From Eubacteriales bacterium (GTDB lineage: Bacteria > Bacillota > Clostridia > Oscillospirales > CAG-272), in assembly GCA_045659405.1 (NCBI GenBank), contig JAZOWX010000042.1:1-63292 (forward strand): a stretch of DNA of 63,292 nt, read 5' to 3'. Of the stretch, positions 60,186 to 63,292 are shown in pieces. The position numbers were made by a program, and so were the translations under genes. Every line of letters starts with the position of its first letter. Position 1 is the stretch's first letter. Under the pieces are notes generated by a model that ran no database searches, was not told the origin of the DNA, and was given only the letters and a program-made list of their open reading frames with translations.

Positions 60186-62222
60186 TTAAGATTTAGATGC
60201 CTTTAATGCGTGTTCTGCTTTGAGCTTCTTTTCGGTGTTAAGAATAAGATAAACAACGAAGCCTGCCATAAGAAGAACAGCCAGAAGACCGGCAATTGCC
60301 GCACCGACGTTAAGAGCTTTGGGCGCTGTGATAAGAGTACCGATAGTATAAATGAGATAGGATACGGTATAACTCACAGCAAGCTGGAAGCCAATGCCGC
60401 CCCAGAGCCATTTTGAGCTCTTCATCTCGGCATTCATCGCACCGATAGCCGCAAAGCACGGTGGGCTGTAAAGATTGAACATCAGGTAAGCGAGAGCCGC
60501 AACCTTGGAAATCGCCATAACTCCTGCAACCTCTGCGCCTGCGCCCTCGAGCATAGCAAGCTCGTCAAGGTCAATGAGATTTTCGAGTCCCACGAAGCAA
60601 ACCGCAAGAGTACCGACAACGTTTTCCTTTGCGATAAAGCCTGTAATTGCCGCCGCCGCAAGCTGCCAGGAAACAACTCCGACAATAGGAACAAGAAGGT
60701 ACGCAATCGGTGTTGCGATAGATGCGAGTATCGACTGATCCGCAGACTCCGCAACCGCAAAGCTCCAGGTGAAGGTCTGCATAATCTGAATTGCCATATT
60801 GCAAAGAAGAATAATGGTAGCCGCCTTTACTATGTAAGCCCAACCACGGCTGCACATAGACTTGAATGCGCCGAGAAATGAGGGAACTTTATAATCAGGA
60901 AGCTCAATAATGAAGAATGACTTTTTTGCCTTATAACCTGTGATAAGGTTTATAAGAAGCGCACCAACGAAGATTAAAAGAATACCTGCAAAATACATAA
61001 GAGCGCTAACCCACCACGCATTGCCGAAAAATGCACCCGCAAAGAGTGAGATTACAGGTATTTTTGCGCCGCAGGGCATAAATGGTGAGAGCATAGCTGT
61101 GGCTCTTCTTTCACGGTCATTACGAATAGTACGGCTCGCCATAATACCCGGAACAGCACAGCCAACGGTTATAACAAACGGAATGACAGATTTGCCCGAA
61201 AGTCCAACCTTTTTAAAAATGGGATCAAGCACAACCGCAACACGCGACATATAGCCGCAATCCTCAAGCAGAGCTATGAGGAAATACATAATCATAACAA
61301 GGGGCAGGAATCCGACAACCGCAATTACACCGCCGAGAACGCCGTCAACAAGGATTGCTGAAAGAAGCGGATTAGCATTTTCAAAGAGCGTCGCTACCCA
61401 GCCCTGGAAGATTTCGAGCAGCGGAACAAGTCCCGGAATAAAGGCATTTCCGATTTCAACGCCATTCGCAATCCACTCACCGAGAGTTGCCTGCGAAATA
61501 TAAAATACAAGGAACATAACAACGGCAAAAATCGGAATACCGAGCCACTTGTTTGTGAGAATGTCATCAATTCTGTCGCTTATGTTTTCGTCCTTTGTGA
61601 GAACCTTACGCTCTTCAACAGCTTCGACGATTTTATTAACGAATGCAAATCGTCTGCGGTCTGCCGCTTCAGCCGATGCCTTGTCTTTAAGCTTGATATT
61701 ACCGTCGCTGTAAGGTGGTTTCTGTATCGCACCGACACGTGCGGTGGCAGCCTCAACAAGAGCCTTCAAGCCAACAGATGACGTGGAAACCGTAGAGATT
61801 ACAGGACATCCAAGCTTTGCCGAAAGAGAATCTGTATCAATTTTGGTATCCTTTTTCTTATTTACGTCACTCTTATTAAGCGCAACGACAATCGGAATAC
61901 CAAGCTCGAGCAGCTGTGTTGTGAAGAAAAGGCTGCGACTGAGATTAGTAGCGTCAACTATATTGATAATCACATCGGGTTTCTCGCTCTTTACGTAAGA
62001 GCTTGTAACAGACTCCTCGCTCGTAAACGGAGACATAGAGTAAGCACCGGGCAGGTCAACTGCAATAAGCTGCGCATCATTTGCGTATGCTTTTTTTATC
62101 GGATGCTCTTTTTTGTCTACGGTAACACCGGCCCAGTTTCCGACCTTTTCGTTAGAGCCGGTCAGAGCATTGTACATAGTCGTCTTGCCTGAATTGGGGT
62201 TTCCCGCCAAAGCAATTCTCAT
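60186..62222 (-). CDS. feoB: Ferrous iron transporter B
   Basis: GNPNSGKT, GNWAGVTV, DLPGAYS, NKSD, LEDCGYMSR, GCAVPG, PFMPCGAK, ELPDY, AKENVV, PCFAA. Confidence 0.96.
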   Translation of the reverse strand: MRIALAGNPNSGKTTMYNALTGSNEKVGNWAGVTVDKKEHPIKKAYANDAQLIAVDLPGAYSMSPFTSEESVTSSYVKSEKPDVIINIVDATNLSRSLFFTTQLLELGIPIVVALNKSDVNKKKDTKIDTDSLSAKLGCPVISTVSTSSVGLKALVEAATARVGAIQKPPYSDGNIKLKDKASAEAADRRRFAFVNKIVEAVEERKVLTKDENISDRIDDILTNKWLGIPIFAVVMFLVFYISQATLGEWIANGVEIGNAFIPGLVPLLEIFQGWVATLFENANPLLSAILVDGVLGGVIAVVGFLPLVMIMYFLIALLEDCGYMSRVAVVLDPIFKKVGLSGKSVIPFVITVGCAVPGIMASRTIRNDRERRATAMLSPFMPCGAKIPVISLFAGAFFGNAWWVSALMYFAGILLIFVGALLINLITGYKAKKSFFIIELPDYKVPSFLGAFKSMCSRGWAYIVKAATIILLCNMAIQIMQTFTWSFAVAESADQSILASIATPIAYLLVPIVGVVSWQLAAAAITGFIAKENVVGTLAVCFVGLENLIDLDELAMLEGAGAEVAGVMAISKVAALAYLMFNLYSPPCFAAIGAMNAEMKSSKWLWGGIGFQLAVSYTVSYLIYTIGTLITAPKALNVGAAIAGLLAVLLMAGFVVYLILNTEKKLKAEHALKASKS

Positions 62223-62276
62223 TTTTCAGATTTCCTCCTATTTGAATCCTTTTGGAAAAGGTTTGCGTTTTCATCA

Positions 62277-62292
62277 GTTAGCTACCGCTAAC
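62277..62292. promoter_or_regulatory. Palindromic box 2 (GTTAGC-N4-GCTAAC) upstream of feoB
   Basis: GTTAGCTACCGCTAAC; same motif as at 62601-62616. Confidence 0.65.
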
Positions 62293-62350
62293 CGAAGCTT
62301 AAAAATAATCAGCTTGCCTTATTTAGCATAGAATTTTACGTCTACAAAAT

Positions 62351-62563
62351 TTATACAATAATAGCTTCAGCAAGCTGATTGTCTATATTATATCTTCCAT
62401 CCTTTATTGCAACAACGCATCCGCCCTTGAGGTGACGCACTACGGTGATTTTCTCACCGCTATAACAACCAAGAGAGAACAAAAAAGCGTTAAGCTCCTC
62501 GTCATCGGTTTTAATTCTGCTTATGATATATTCTTTTCCATCCTGTGCCTCGCGAAGATTCAT
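62351..62563 (-). CDS. feoA: Ferrous iron transport protein A
   Basis: MNLREAQDGKEYII...FLFSLGCYSGEKITV...IKDGRYNIDNQLAEAIIV; GGGAGG RBS before ATG 62563. Confidence 0.9.
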   Translation of the reverse strand: MNLREAQDGKEYIISRIKTDDEELNAFLFSLGCYSGEKITVVRHLKGGCVVAIKDGRYNIDNQLAEAIIV

Positions 62564-62597
62564 CACAAGCCCCTCCCAACGATTACGGTATTTCAAT

Positions 62598-62652
62598 TCG
62601 GTTAGCACCCGCTAACCGAAGATATTATACTCCTTTTTTCCAGGTTTGTCAA
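62598..62652 (-). promoter_or_regulatory. feo promoter with palindromic box 1 over the transcription start
   Basis: TTGACA (62652-62647), 17 bp, TATAAT (62629-62624); TCGGTTAGC-ACCC-GCTAACCGA at 62598-62619. Confidence 0.8.
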
Positions 62653-62815
62653 TAAATTCTTCAAGGTTTTTTAAAACATTTTTGATTTTTGTATTATTTT
62701 ACAAGCTATTAAATAGGTTTTAATCTTCAAAACAGCATTCTGCACAAAATAATATTTTTGACCGTAGCAATTAGAAAGAAAGCTTTCTTTCAGCCCCGAT
62801 TCCCCGTATAGATTG

Positions 62816-62864
62816 AAAAAGAGCTCATCAACCGAATACGCAAAAACTTTCGGAAGATGGGCTC
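62816..62864 (-). terminator. Terminator after the four-helix-bundle gene
   Basis: GAGCCCATC...GATGAGCTC followed by TTTTT on the minus strand. Confidence 0.6.
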
Positions 62865-62869
62865 ATATA

Positions 62870-63220
62870 TTATTTGGTTTCTTTAGCTGTTTTACAAGAA
62901 GCAATCAACAGTCTTCTGATGTTTCCACACAATCTTTCGGTTTGTTGATAGACCCCCGTGTCTATTCTTTTCGTTTCGTGCATCAATTTTAACCAATAGC
63001 TCGCCTCGTTAGACTCTTTTAATGCAATCTCTAACTTTGAAACAAAATCCTTTTTACTTTGAGCGTACTGTGCCTCATGGATGTTTGCTCCAATAGATGT
63101 TCCTGCTCTTGCAAGCTGGTCTGTCATATAAGAACTTTTAGGAGCTTTTACACCGTCAACAAGATCAACAATCGCTACTGCAAATTCGAAAGATAAGTCA
63201 AGTAGTTTATTATCGGACAT
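62870..63220 (-). CDS. Four-helix-bundle protein (23S rRNA IVP/Avd-like superfamily)
   Basis: SFEFAVAIV, DQLARAGTSIGANIHEAQYAQSKKDFVSKLEIALKESNEASYWL. Confidence 0.9.
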   Translation of the reverse strand: MSDNKLLDLSFEFAVAIVDLVDGVKAPKSSYMTDQLARAGTSIGANIHEAQYAQSKKDFVSKLEIALKESNEASYWLKLMHETKRIDTGVYQQTERLCGNIRRLLIASCKTAKETK

Positions 63221-63292
63221 AATTTACACCTTCTTTCACGGAAATTATATCACAAGGTAAAACGAATGTCAATGATATATGACTCCGTCATA

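Noticed and set aside
62870-63220. Diversity-generating retroelement
   Set aside because: No reverse transcriptase and no TR/VR repeat pair seen in the window

Overview
Chromosomal window from a Clostridia-like (Bacillota) genome, judged from gene content, sigmaA-type promoters and a T-box. I found no CRISPR array, integrase, transposase or rRNA. Left to right: (1) start of the str operon (rpsL, 5' end of rpsG); (2) a ~13 kb ABC-transporter-dependent (Wzm/Wzt) surface-glycan locus between rpsL and rpoC, containing GT4/GT2 genes, a long coiled-coil plus methyltransferase-like protein with an in-frame 33-bp tandem repeat, a GT2-GT2-TupA-like ATP-grasp fusion and an embedded D-Ala-D-Ala ligase; (3) rpoB-rpoC with lineage-specific changes; (4) prfC-trmB-radC-radC2-DUF3737-malY; (5) a damaged sugar-use patch (AraC regulator, frameshifted rhaA, GH2 with an internal TAG); (6) PAP2-ackA-greA, GH20, csoR-copA with a CsoR operator; (7) ThyX-like gene-pth-mfd-PrsA-like-AEC; (8) oppABCDF plus DUF3899; (9) tRNA-Val; (10) an ABC-2 exporter; (11) a T-box with a probable Tyr specifier ahead of a sodium:solute symporter; (12) a tag (3-methyladenine glycosylase) remnant missing from the ORF track; (13) feoA-feoB-small Cys-rich gene with two palindromic boxes; (14) a four-helix-bundle gene. 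The best candidate for an undescribed system is the glycan locus: a putative ruler/methyl-capping protein together with two adjacent ATP-grasp ligases that could attach D-amino-acid peptides to the glycan. All family calls come from recognising motifs by eye; no database search was run.
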